DNA of 35,466 nt from Emiliania huxleyi CCMP1516 (taxonomy: Eukaryota). The stretch is taken from the NCBI RefSeq assembly GCF_000372725.1, contig NW_005201277.1, forward strand, positions 332,511 to 367,976, written 5' to 3'. Shown here piece after piece: positions 19,107 through 29,653 of this stretch. A program made the translations under genes and the position numbers. Each line of letters starts with the position of its first letter. Position 1 is the stretch's first letter. Below the pieces are notes generated by a model. The model was not told the DNA's origin. It did not search any database and was given only the letters and a program-made list of their open reading frames with translations.

Positions 19107-19796
19107 TCACGGCACGTGGAGCACTTGGAGAGTGCGGTTGGTACTCACAACGAAAATCCAAGAGCGGGCGAGCAGCAGCCGGAGAGGGTTGTTTTGCGCG
19201 CCGGGCGCCGGGTCGACGGCGACATTGAAGTAGTGGAGCACCTCTCGCACGGCGGGAGGCACGTTGGCGCCGATCTCCTCCTCGGTGTGAGGAGTCGGCT
19301 CCCACGCAAAGATCTTGTCAAAGGAGATGTTTTGCCGGCGGTACGCCTCAATGAACCAGTCCTGGGAGGAGCCGCCCTTGCCTTTGGACCAGAGACTCGC
19401 GCCGAGATCAAAGAGCAGGAAGCGGCACGCCTTCCTTGCCGCCTCTGGAGGCTGGAGCTCGCACCGATGCGTCGGCAGCAGGTGCTGCTTGTGCTCGACA
19501 AAGTCCCACGTCGTGCGGTCCTTGCAGTACTGCAGCATAAAGTTGGGGTGACGCAGGAAGCCAGCAAGTGGCTCGATGGGCACGCGCGACACCTCCACGC
19601 CGGCGCAGCGGTCAAAGGCGCTGTGGTACGAGACGTCCGCCCACATGCCGAGCTTCGTGCCCGCTGCGGCCTCAAGGCGCGCGAGGCGAGAGAGGACAGC
19701 TCGGGACACGGCGCACACTTTGCTCGCTCCCCGGTGGCGAGCGCGCGCCAGGTCCATCCAATGGGCAATCGACATACGCGCCGCAGTCCCATTCAA
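19107..19796 (-). pseudogene. FkbM-like methyltransferase-fold protein, apparently truncated
   Basis: IEPLAGFLRHP, FLLFDLGASLW..G.GGSSQ.WF...Y....FD.IFAWE and NPL motifs. The expected downstream K.D.D/E motif is missing, and the in-frame upstream extension contains a TAG near 19873. Confidence 0.5.
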
Positions 19797-20352
19797 CGCG
19801 GTGCACCCGGGCCAGCCTCCATCTGGCAGTCTGCTCTGTCCCCTACGGTGCCGAGATGGGGCGAGTAGCGGCTAGGCCGCAGCCAGGATGGCAGCGGAGG
19901 CCCAGCGCTCATAGCGCGAGCCTGTGGCCACCATCCTGCGGACTCTCTGGGTGGAGTTGGGAGCTTCCATCGAGGACGCGCTCACCGTGCACTGAGATGT
20001 GTGCTTGGGTGTTGTCGCTGTTCACTTGAGCCGTTGAGCCAGGGTGCCTTGTGGGGCGAACTACGCGGGGGGAGAGAGGGGGACAGCTTTTGTGCAGATG
20101 CGCCAGATCTTATATATTACAGATCAAATAAAGAAAAAATAAGGCCGAAAAAGCCGCACAAGGCCGTGTGTTGATATGCGAATTGAGACGTCAAAACCGC
20201 CTTCCGCAGGATTTTTTGCAAGGTTGAGAGGGGAAGGGCGCATCGCACGCGGAGAGGGACTGGAGCACTTGGAGCACTTGAAGTGCAGTCATTGGACTGA
20301 CTGACTACGACAACAACAACTCTGACTACAAGGCGGCCTTCCTTCCCTCTAC

Positions 20353-20462
20353 CTGAGTGAGGGAGAGGGTGAACGGTGTAGAGGATGTACTCGAGTAGAG
20401 TGTAGAGCGCCGTAGAGCTGTAGAGCTGGAGAGCTGTAGAGCTGTAGAGCGCTGTAGAGCTC
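20353..20462. repeat. TGTAGAGC-type simple-repeat element, copy 1 (copy 2 at 24331-24425)
   Basis: Both copies share the head GGGTG...GTAGAGGATGTA followed by tandem (C)TGTAGAG units ending TGTAGAGCTC. Confidence 0.8.
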
Positions 20463-20624
20463 CGGTGATTTCACGCACTCTGGGAGATGAGAAATCCAAG
20501 AAACACACCCAGAAGGGCAGCCCGCCCGAAAAGGTTCGGAAATTCCGAGCGGACCAAGGAGAGGCTTGAGCTCCTCAAGCGGCAATTTTCGTCACTTCGG
20601 CCCTCCGCTGGGCGCTCCGCTACC

Positions 20625-22620
20625 ATGCTGTGCCTACTCTCCGCCGCTGTGGGCGCTCCGGTGCCCTCAACGCAGCCTCCAGCCGAGAAGCTTCTGTCGA
20701 CGCCTTCAACGAAGGGCGGCTGGTACCCGGTACCTCCTGCCCGCTCTCGTCTCCTTCCCTGCATGCCCACTCACACGGGTGGCCGCTGCTCCGTGCAGGG
20801 CAAATTGCTCATGGAGGCCGCCTCCGACGTCAAGGATGGCACGTATGTGCCGGGGAAGCGGCTCGACGAGATGGTTGAGGAGTCCAACGACACCGGCGCG
20901 TGGTACCCTGGCAAGCTCGTGCACGATGCAGTGGAGGACATGGAGAACGGCACATACGTGCCCGGCGCCGAGATCCACAAGATGGTGACCAAGAGCGAGG
21001 AGAATGGTTCCTGGTTTCCGGGTGCGCCCTCCACGCCACCGCCCTTCCCACCTCGCGCAACGCTGACGCTCCTTCCCGTTCGGCCGCCCTCTAGGAAAAC
21101 ACTTGGGCGAGGCGGTCGCCGCGGCCGCGGCCGAGTTTCACGCGGAGGAGTTCCCCGTGCCGGTCGGCATGCCAGAGGGCACGACGTGCAACGAGCTGCC
21201 GTCGTGGCTGCAGGACGCGATCAACGACGTTGTGCAGGGCGTCATCGCCGAGATCCCCAACCACAAGACGCTCTCGCACCTCCCCGTGGAGGCCAAGGTG
21301 CGCGTCGGGATGGTGGACGCGGAGGTGCGCAACCTGACGGTGCGCTCGCTCCAGATGTCGCGAATCACGATGGCGGAGTGCCGCTCGCCACGCGAGGGCC
21401 TCGCCAGCTTCGTTCCCAAGCTCCTCCCCGACGTTGTGCTGGTGCACGCCAAGGACGTCAACCTCACGCAGGGGCTGCAGTTCCAGACGCCGGGCTTCCT
21501 CGGCGGGCTCGGCTCGATCGGCGCCTCGGCCGTCAGCAACCTCACCGGCCACCTCAACCTGACCATCGTCAACGGCAAGAACGGCAACGCGACGCACGTG
21601 ACCGGATGCGACGCGACCTTTGCCATGGGCGACACTTCCGTCGCCGGCCCGGCTGGCCTCAACCTCGACGTCGCGGCGGTCCCGCTGCCGCTGCCGATTG
21701 GGGCCATCCTGTGCTACGGCCCCGCGGCGCTGCTCGGGCCCGCCTCGGGCCTCGTCGGCGTCGAGCTGCAGGGCGCGGGCGTGCTAGCCGGCAAGACCCT
21801 CGACGAGGAGTTCAGCGGGCTGGTGGACATGCTCAACAAGTTCTTCAAAAAGTATAGCTGGTACGCCGGCAAGTACGCGGGCGAGGCGGCGGACGCCATC
21901 GCCGGCGGCCAGGCCACCCGCTCAGCGGAGAAGACTGGCAAAAAGGTGGAGGAGGAGGCGGAGGAAGCGGCGGAGGAGGCGGAGGAGGAGGCGGAGGAGG
22001 CGGTCGAGACGTGGTATCCCGGCAAGTACCTGAGCGAGGGCCTCGAGGACATGCACGAGGAGATGCACAGGCTCTCCGGGAAGCCCTCGTCGCCGCCTTC
22101 GCCGCCGCCGGGCAACTGCTGGGACGCGTGCGGCAGCAAGGGCGGCGCGTGCGACGAGTTTTGCGGCGAGGGCTATGCGTGCTGCCAGGGCGGCTTCGAC
22201 GACCCGCACCCGTGCCCCAAGTCGCTGCCCACGGACCGCGACTACCACTTCTGCGTCCCCGCCGCGGCGGACGACGGCCACTGGTTCCCCGGCAAGCACC
22301 TGATGCAGGGGATGGAGGAGGTCAAGGAGGCGCTCACCTCGTCACCGCTTCCGCCCGCGCAGCCGCCGTCCCCGCCGCCGCCGCCGCCGCCGCTGCCCGC
22401 CAACTGCTGGAGCGCGTGCGGCGGCAAGGGCGGCGCCTGCGACGACTTCTGCGGCGAGGGCCAGGCGTGCTGCCAGAGCGGCTTCGGCGACCCGTGGCCC
22501 TGCCCCGAGTCGATGCCCGACTCGCTTGCAGCGCTCGACTTCCACTTCTGCGTCGCCGCAGCGCCGCCAATGCCGCCGTCGCCGCCCGCCTCGCCATCGG
22601 GCGGGTGGATCCTTGGGTAA
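20625..22620 (+). CDS. Secreted acidic protein with W[YF]PGK repeats, a possible BPI/TULIP-like domain and two Cys-rich modules (3 exons)
   Basis: Exons 20625-20729, 20799-21021 and 21095-22620. Hydrophobic N-terminus MLCLLSAAVG; about 8 [WY]xPG[KA]-type repeats; duplicated CW..CG.KGGACD.FCGEG.ACCQ.GF.DP.PCP...HFCV; SP-rich linkers. Confidence 0.75.
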
Positions 22621-23006
22621 GCGCTCGTTCCAACCCAGGGTTGTCTAATGGGTTCGTGCGCGGCGGTGCAGCGGTGCACCCCACACACGAGATGCTCGAT
22701 CGTTTACGGCGGGTCAACATGTTCAGACACACTCTTAGAGTAGCCCTTTCGTCACGATGTCACGGAGGACACGCAGCACAGAAGAAAGAGACAGAGACAG
22801 ACAGCATTAACAGTCCCAGCCGTAATATACTTAATAGATAATACTTAATAGATAATAGGGAGCGAGCGATATACACAGGTATGTGCGGACTGCTGTGTGA
22901 CACTTGTGCGCGCGTGTTGTGTTTAGACACAGTGTTGTTTTGTGTGCTACGTCGGCTGAATTAGAGTATAGTACACCGAACGCGAACACCTGTGACACAA
23001 CACGCA

Positions 23007-23013
23007 CTCTCTC

Positions 23014-23093
<80 letters not shown>
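23007..23093. repeat. (TC)n microsatellite
   Basis: Long perfect TC tract. Confidence 0.97.
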
Positions 23094-23095
<2 letters not shown>

Positions 23096-23163
23096 GCGTA
23101 CGCAGAACCCCCTCCGTAGCGACCGGCGGTCGCCCTCGCGATGCCGAACTGCAAATTCCTCAG

Positions 23164-23721
23164 CTATCGCACTCCGCCCGCCGCCTTCCGGAGCGCCGCG
23201 ACCGCCTCGCTCGGCGCGTCGCGCAACACCTCGAGCCGCTCCTCGTCGACAAAGTCGACGCGGCCGCCCTCGACGTGCAGCACGAGGGCCGCAAGCATGC
23301 ACTCGGCGCGGCATAGGCGCACGTACGGGTCGGACAGCTCGCCCAGCCCAAAGGTCTGGGTTGCGCCAAACTTGGCCACCCACGGCGCCGCGTCGGCTGC
23401 CGCCTGCAGCAGCGCGCCGAGCGGCTCGGCGGCGGTGGCGGCGGCGGCAACGGACGCGCGCAGGCGGTCCGCCTCGGCGCCAGTGAGGACGTAGTCGGGG
23501 TCGGCGGAGCGCGCCGCCAGCGCCCGCTCCGCGACAGCCGCCGGGTCGGGCGCCTGCGCCGATAGCAGCTCCTGGATCGCGTTGATGACGAGCGGCTCAA
23601 TCGGCGGCCGATCCGGCCGCAGCGGGTCTTGCCGGCCGACGGGCGCCACACACGCCCTCGGAGGGTGCAGCACCCGCGGCGACGGGACGAGCGCCGCGAG
23701 GACGGACCATGCGGGCAGCAT
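23164..23721 (-). CDS. Hypothetical protein, possibly plastid-targeted
   Basis: Single-exon ORF with a signal plus basic transit-like leader (MLPAWSVLAALVPSPRVLHPPRAC) and a globular C-terminus PWVAKFG...CRAECMLA...VDFVDEERLEVL. Confidence 0.65.
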   Translation of the reverse strand: MLPAWSVLAALVPSPRVLHPPRACVAPVGRQDPLRPDRPPIEPLVINAIQELLSAQAPDPAAVAERALAARSADPDYVLTGAEADRLRASVAAAATAAEPLGALLQAAADAAPWVAKFGATQTFGLGELSDPYVRLCRAECMLAALVLHVEGGRVDFVDEERLEVLRDAPSEAVAALRKAAGGVR

Positions 23722-24330
23722 TGTGTGAGTCGTGATTTTTTCGAGCGGCACACCCCCCTCTCGCGAGGTACCCGGGTGGTGAGAGAGAGAGAGAGACTGC
23801 GGCGCAGACAGTGCTGCGGCGATGCATCCGGCTGCTGCGGCGAGTGGTGTGCTGCTCGCTGCAATGGCGAAGAACTCGTCTCGTCACACGCCAAGAGCTT
23901 ACGCTCTGTCGAGACGTGAGGCGTATGCGCCCAGGAGGGGAGGGCGCATGCGTAACGACGCTGCTAGAGATGCCTTTCGGGGCCCAGAGATAAAACTTCT
24001 GATGCCATGCGTGACCTAGTAGTGTCCCCAGCTATGGGCGTGTCCACGTTGGAGCCAGGTGTGGTGTGGACGCGAGAATAGCTCCGCCGTTCATGGAGGC
24101 AACCGATGCGAGTCGACTGGTGTGTGTCGTCGTGGTTTCGTATCAAGAATTCTCTCTCTCTCTCTACCCGGGTGGTGTGTATTGTACTTGTTACGACAAA
24201 ACATGACTTGTTACGTGAAAACCCGCTTGTGCGTCTTGGGTCCCGGGTTGTGTTTTTGTGTGAAAACCCGCTGGGACCCGGACGCCAGCACACACGGCTG
24301 ATTTCATGGCGGGCCGCCTAGGCCCTGGGG

Positions 24331-24425
24331 CTGAGGGAGGGTGTAGAGGATGTAGAGTGTAGAGCGCTGTAGAGCTGTAGAGATGTAGAGCGCTCTGGAG
24401 CGCTGGAGCGCTGTAGAGCTCTACA
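24331..24425. repeat. TGTAGAGC-type simple-repeat element, copy 2
   Basis: Matches 20353-20462; ends in the palindrome TGTAGAGCTCTACA. Confidence 0.8.
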
Positions 24426-24984
24426 TCCGCCGCGTCGGCTGGCGGGCGGTACGGCCGCCGGCGGCCGCTGCACCCGCGCCTTCCCTCGCGGGCGCCGTCG
24501 CGCCGCGCGCGCCCAACTCTGCTGGCACACGGCACGCGTCGTCACACAGCCGCGGAGAATAGGCGGTGCAGCGCGCGAAGCGCGCGCGATCTCGTACTTT
24601 TAAGGCTGGATCCGGCCATTCCAAGGGTATACCTTTGAGAATCCCCAGCGTCCCACCCTCCTAGTCACACTCTCAATTTCTCGACTGGCCAACACGAAAT
24701 GCTGCGATCGGGGTTGGCCCATTTCTTTTTTCCTTTCTTTTTTTGGGCCCTGTGGGCACCCTAATCAAGTGGGCGCTCGTCGCTTTACAGAACGAGAAAC
24801 TGCGACGGTGTATCATTCACTTTATGCCACCGTTGCATATCCGGATATCCAACGGTGGCATAAAGTGAATGATACACCGTCGCANNNNNNNNNNNNNNNN
24901 NNNNNNNNNNNNNNNNNNNNNNNNNNNNNNNNNNNNNNNNNNNNNNNNNNNNNNNNNNNNNNNNNNNNNNNNNNNNNNNNNNNN

Positions 24985-25308
24985 CAAGGACTTATCAATC
25001 CTTCACCAGTTTGCCGGAGGACTGAGAGACGGTGAAGTATCTACAGGCATCTAGCGGAATCTTCTCCCGACAGAGTTGAAGCAATGACTTTCCAATCCTT
25101 CGCCAGTGTGCCGGAGGGATGAGGGAGGGTGAAGTATCAGCAGGTATCTAGCAGATTCTGGGCCAGACAGAGTTGTGCGCGTCGCAGAAACCACACCTCT
25201 ACGACGCGCACAACTCTGTCTGGCCCAGAATCTGCTAGATACCTGCTGATACTTCACCCTCCCTCATCCCTCCGGCACACTGGCGAAGGATTGGAAAGTC
25301 CTTGCTTC
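24985..25308. repeat. Foldback structure: about 107-bp inverted arms with a 17-nt loop, plus a diverged tandem 97-bp unit
   Basis: 25078-25184 is the reverse complement of 25202-25308 with one mismatch. 24985-25081 aligns without gaps to 25082-25178. Confidence 0.95.
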
Positions 25309-25326
25309 CTCTCCCTCCAGAGAACC

Positions 25327-26040
25327 CTACGCCACGGTGATGCCATGAAACAATCGTGCGGTCGTCAACGGCGCAGCCGCCTCCCACGCGTTCGTCGCGG
25401 GGTCGTACCGCTCCACCGAGCTGAGGTACTCGTCGTCGTTCAAGCCGCCCACGGCGTACAGCTTGCCATCGAGCGCCGTCACGGCATGAGCGTTCCGCGT
25501 CGCCGCCATCGGCGCCACCGCCTCCCACGCGTTCGCCGCCGGATCGTACCGCTCGACCGAGCTGAGCCAGCCGCCGTCGTCGCCGTGCCCGCCCACAGCG
25601 TACAGCTTGCCGTCGAGCACCGCCATGCCGGCTTCCCCTCGTGCCGTCAGCATCGGCGCCACAGCCTCCTCCTCCCACTCATTCGTTGACGGGTCGAACC
25701 GCTCCATCGAGTTGAGCGACTCGCTGCCGTGGCCGCCAAACACGAGCAGGCGCGGCCGCTTGCGCTTCTTCAGCGTCTCCTTCCAGCCGCGGCGCCACGC
25801 GCGGCACGTCCCCTTGGCGGCGTGCGCCTTGGTCGGCAGCTGGGCGAGGATGTGCGGGGCGAGGTCCGGCGAGAGGAGGACCTCGGAGAGCACCCACTCG
25901 GGCTGCTCCACGAGCCGTGCGGCGTGCTCCTCCGCCACGCGCAGCGCGGCGGCGCTCGTGCCCGCCTGCGCCTCGATGATGGCGCACAGCTGCGATGGCG
26001 AGAGGCCAGACAGGCGGGCGCCGATGCGGTGGGCGGCCAT
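25327..26040 (-). CDS. F-box-like / kelch-repeat protein (3 kelch repeats)
   Basis: LSPDLAPHILAQLP...TCRAWR F-box-like segment, then three GG...VERYDP..N.WE.VAPM...R repeats. Confidence 0.85.
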   Translation of the reverse strand: MAAHRIGARLSGLSPSQLCAIIEAQAGTSAAALRVAEEHAARLVEQPEWVLSEVLLSPDLAPHILAQLPTKAHAAKGTCRAWRRGWKETLKKRKRPRLLVFGGHGSESLNSMERFDPSTNEWEEEAVAPMLTARGEAGMAVLDGKLYAVGGHGDDGGWLSSVERYDPAANAWEAVAPMAATRNAHAVTALDGKLYAVGGLNDDEYLSSVERYDPATNAWEAAAPLTTARLFHGITVA

Positions 26041-26285
26041 TGAAGTTCTTTTCTTTTTTTGAGGTCGCCTCGATAAATCAATCGACTTCCCGCACGACAG
26101 TGCCATGGCTGGCGCCGATGCGGTGGGAGGCCATGAAAAACAAAGAAAAATCCCGACGCTCGCCTGTGCCGAAAGCGTGTGTTTCTTATCGGCAACTCCG
26201 GGTGCCCTTGATAATCACCCGGGCATCGTGTGGCTTGCGACACGGAGACAGCGAGCTCGAGATCCGTCCTCCAACCCGCACGCAG

Positions 26286-26532
26286 GGCGGCGCGAGCGCC
26301 AAGGGCAAGAAGGTGCTCATCTCGGACCCGATCGAGCAGGCGCCGCACCGCCGGCGACGGCACAGAGCAGCGAGTGGAGCACACCGCGGTGAGCGTGCCG
26401 CCGCCTCCATGCGCGCAGGTGTGCGTGGACATCCTGCAAAAGGCGGGCGTCGTGGTCGATTGCAAGTCCAAGGTCCCGCCCGCCGAGCTCAAGAAGATCA
26501 TCGGCGAGTACGACGGCCTGATCGTCCGCTCA
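26286..26532 (+). pseudogene. PHGDH: Two-exon fragment of the D-3-phosphoglycerate dehydrogenase N-terminus
   Basis: Exons 26286-26339 and 26419-26532 (GC-AG intron) give KKVLISDPIEQVCVDILQKAGVVVDCKSKVPPAELKKIIGEYDGLIVRS. Similarity stops abruptly after IVRS. Confidence 0.75.
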
Positions 26533-26638
26533 CTCGCGGCGCCACTTCTTATTGTGTGAAGGCGAGGTGTTTTCTTCTCAATGTAATAACAAGGCTGTGA
26601 ACGTCAAAGTTCGCGCCCTCTGTCCCGGAGAGGACGAG

Positions 26639-27265
26639 ATGCCCGACCCCGTACTTCTCGACCAGGCCGACTCCTTGTCGGCGCGGCGGCGCGCGCTCCA
26701 CGAGCTGCTCGAGGCGCGGGCCGCCGAGGCCGAGCGTGACTCCTCCCGGCTCGCCCTCGAGCTGGAGCAGCGAGCCGCTGCAGAGGCGGCCCTCATGCAA
26801 GAGGCGGCTGCGCTTCGAGAGTCCGAGCGCGCGCTCCGCCGTGCACTGCAGGAGGGTCAGCGGCGGGAGGCGGCGCTGAAGAGCGCACTGGCGCGAGCCA
26901 GCGAGGAGAGGAGCGCGGCGCGGGCGGAAGCCTCCCGCGCAGCAGCGTCACTCACCGATCGCGAATTGGCGCTGGACGGGGCGCAAGCTACGTGCCGCGC
27001 GCTCCGCACGCGCGTCAAGGACCTGGAGCTTCAGGATCAGCAGGCGGCCTTCATCCGCGGCCACGCGGCGCCGACTCGGCCTCCATCCGGCCACGCCGCT
27101 GCGCGAGCAGCTGCGTCGCCGCCTCGGCCACCGTCGGCGGCAGAACCGCGGAGGAGAGAAATGTCTGCGGCCAGCGGGGAGGAGCTTGAGTCTGCACAGC
27201 AGGCGTACATCGGCAGGGTGCTCGGAGCAGGCTCGCGCAGGCGCGCGGTGCCACAGAGCAGATAG
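26639..27265 (+). CDS. Hypothetical coiled-coil protein
   Basis: ATG at 26639; heptad-rich Glu/Ala/Arg/Leu ORF with a low-complexity tail. Confidence 0.55.
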   Translation: MPDPVLLDQADSLSARRRALHELLEARAAEAERDSSRLALELEQRAAAEAALMQEAAALRESERALRRALQEGQRREAALKSALARASEERSAARAEASRAAASLTDRELALDGAQATCRALRTRVKDLELQDQQAAFIRGHAAPTRPPSGHAAARAAASPPRPPSAAEPRRREMSAASGEELESAQQAYIGRVLGAGSRRRAVPQSR

Positions 27266-27515
27266 ATGCGCCGCGCGCGTTTGGCGCGCAGTTGGCTCGC
27301 CCGAGACGCTCTTTGTGTGTGTGCTGTCGAGAGAGTGACGGTCATCAGAAGAAACATGAGTGAGTAAAACCGCGTCGCTCGGACCTCCAGCTGCGCGGGA
27401 CCTCGCCCTGAGATCGCCGCGACGATACAGCTGCGAGTTGTTTATCTCTCTCAGTCTACAGTCTCCAACTCCATGTGCGCAAGCCCGTGAGCGTGTGCTG
27501 TGCGCCTCTCACGCC

Positions 27516-28219
27516 TCACTCATCCCCGCCATCTCGCCCGCCGCCGCGTGCGAGGAGTCGCGCGGAGGAGTAGTAGCTCTCCTCCAGCTCGCGCAGAGCC
27601 GCCTGCGCCTGTGCGGAGGCCGGGCGAGGCGGTGGCATGAGGCCATGGCGCCGGCAAAGGCGTCGGGTGGAGAGGGCGGGCGGCTGCCTCTCGTCTGACC
27701 GCCTCGAGGCGCCGCTCGGCGTCTCTGGCGGCACTCCGCTCGCGGGCGCTCACCGCACGTGCCTGCGCACGAGGCACCGGGGCGGGGCGATAGCTTGGAG
27801 CGGCAAACTATCTCCCGAAATGTCTCTCTCTCTCTCTCTCTCCCTCCCTCCCTCCCTCCCTCCCTCCCTCCCTCGGACGCGGACTGACCGTCTCACCGCC
27901 GTCGCCGCCGTCGAAGAGCAGCGCCTGTGCACACAGCGCCCGCTCTGGCCCGGGAGTGGGAGGCAGGGGTTGGCTGCAGACGGCGGCGCGCCTCAAAGGT
28001 GAGCCCTTCGGCGACCGAGAGCAGCCCGTCCGCAGACTGAAGCAGCGCGCTGGAGGCGACGCTGGCGGAGAGCTCGTCCGCCCCCTGCTGCACCGGCACG
28101 CGGACGCGCGCGCAGAGCAGCAGCTGCGAGTACTGGTCGAGCATCGCCGCGATGCCGTCGTCGAGCTGGCGCTCGGCCCGCTTCCGCTGGTGTCCTTCGC
28201 TGATGTCGTCCGCATCCAT
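27516..28219 (-). CDS. MED22: Mediator subunit 22 (4 exons)
   Basis: Exons 28219-27992, 27924-27889, 27762-27700 and 27608-27516 join in frame. QLDDGIAAMLDQYSQLL at the N-terminus and LRELEESYYSS at the C-terminus match Med22/SURF5. Confidence 0.75.
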
Positions 28220-29347
28220 CGCTCACGCTGGGCGCGGAGAGAGTGCTTTGGCGGGAAAGGGCGCTGCGTGGCGAGCGTGGGGGTAGTGAAAGTAAGTCCA
28301 CAATGAGGAAGGTTGGGCTCCGCCGCCACCCTCTGGCTGGGTTCCGGCTCCAAGCCGGGTTGGGGGTCTGGAACTATTGTTGGCTGCTGGTAGGTCCGGT
28401 TTTGACGCCCCAGATGGCCCCGCAAAAGGGTGGTGGTGGTGGTGGGGGGGGGGGGGGGGTGTAAAAAACCGCTCGCGCGCGCGCGGGAGACGCAGACGGG
28501 GAACAAATGCAGCGCTGTCGACATTAAAATCCCTGTGTGGTGGCGGCGTGCCGTCCTCCCATCCCTCCCTTCGGTGTCTGTTTTCTTTCTTTCAGCGCTG
28601 TCGACGTCGTCAACCTCACGTGACCGGGCGGGCAGGGCGGCACGCTGAGCCTGAGCTCACGCTGCCGATGCTGTTCTACGCGCTCCACCAACACGACGCC
28701 ACGTCCACTGCAGCTGCGACAGCGGCGCGCGGCGGCCGGCGGTCCATAGTGCAGGGCAGAAAAAAGAGAAAAAAGATCTTGCCGCCCTAAGCAACAGGTT
28801 AGGTAGGAAGGATCGAAGGTGAAGAGCCGTCACTGGCGTCACACAGGCTCGGACTGGACACCAACGCGGCAAGAAAACAAACAAATTTCTCTCTCTCTCT
28901 CTCTCCCAACGCGGTATGGGTGGACGCCCAGCTGCATGGGCCTATGGTGGCGATGCGGCGGCGTGATGCGTCGCGCTCCCTGTTGGCGCAAGGTTGCAAG
29001 AGAGAGGCCTGAGCGACGACAGCGCTTCTGACAACGAGGATTGCACGTACGCGCCGCGTACCTTACCCTCCGCGCGTCGACCCCTCTGTCGCCCCTGGTG
29101 GCGTGGCCGCGGGGCACGCCCGTAAAAAGGCGAGACGGTGGTTGTATTTTACCAAGGGCCGGAAGTCATGCTCAGCGGCAAAATTATGATATCAAGAGCA
29201 GGCGCACATCGCTTCCAGGGAGGGGGGCGCGCTTCTACTCACTTCACATGCTAGGGGGGGGGTGGACGGTCAGCCACGCACACTCCCCTCCCCTCACACC
29301 ACCACCACCACACACCACCACCACCGCGCACCGCCACCGCGCACCAG

Positions 29348-29547
29348 GCCGCCTGCTCGGCGTGTTCGGCGGGGCGGTGCAGCCGCTGCTGCGGGCCGAG
29401 GGCGACGCCACCGTGCACTCCTGCCGGCTGCTGCACGCCGTGAGCGCGATGACGGGAGGCACGCGGTACGCCCTCATCCTCTTCTTCGACCGGCGAGCGC
29501 GCGCTGGCCGGCGCACGCGCTGGAGCACGCCCGCCGCCGCCGTGTGA
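29348..29547 (+). pseudogene. Orphan terminal exon of a 2OG-Fe(II) dioxygenase
   Basis: After acceptor CAG at 29347: EGDATVH...LLHAVSAMTGGTRYALILFF, containing the distal His and 2OG-binding Arg. No upstream HxD exon seen. Confidence 0.65.
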
Positions 29548-29653
29548 AAGGGCGAAGGTCGGGTAAGAGTGAGCGGCGGGGGGTTTGGCAGCTGTTAGGG
29601 TATCAGGTAGGACCGCACCATGCAAAGGACCGAACCCGCCCCGGGTGTCGGCG

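Noticed and set aside
22821..22857. AT-rich 15-bp tandem duplication
   Set aside because: A simple local slippage event in intergenic or UTR sequence.
25051..25320. Identical peptides MKYQQVSSRFW on both strands
   Set aside because: A by-product of the palindrome; the 97-bp unit is not a multiple of three.
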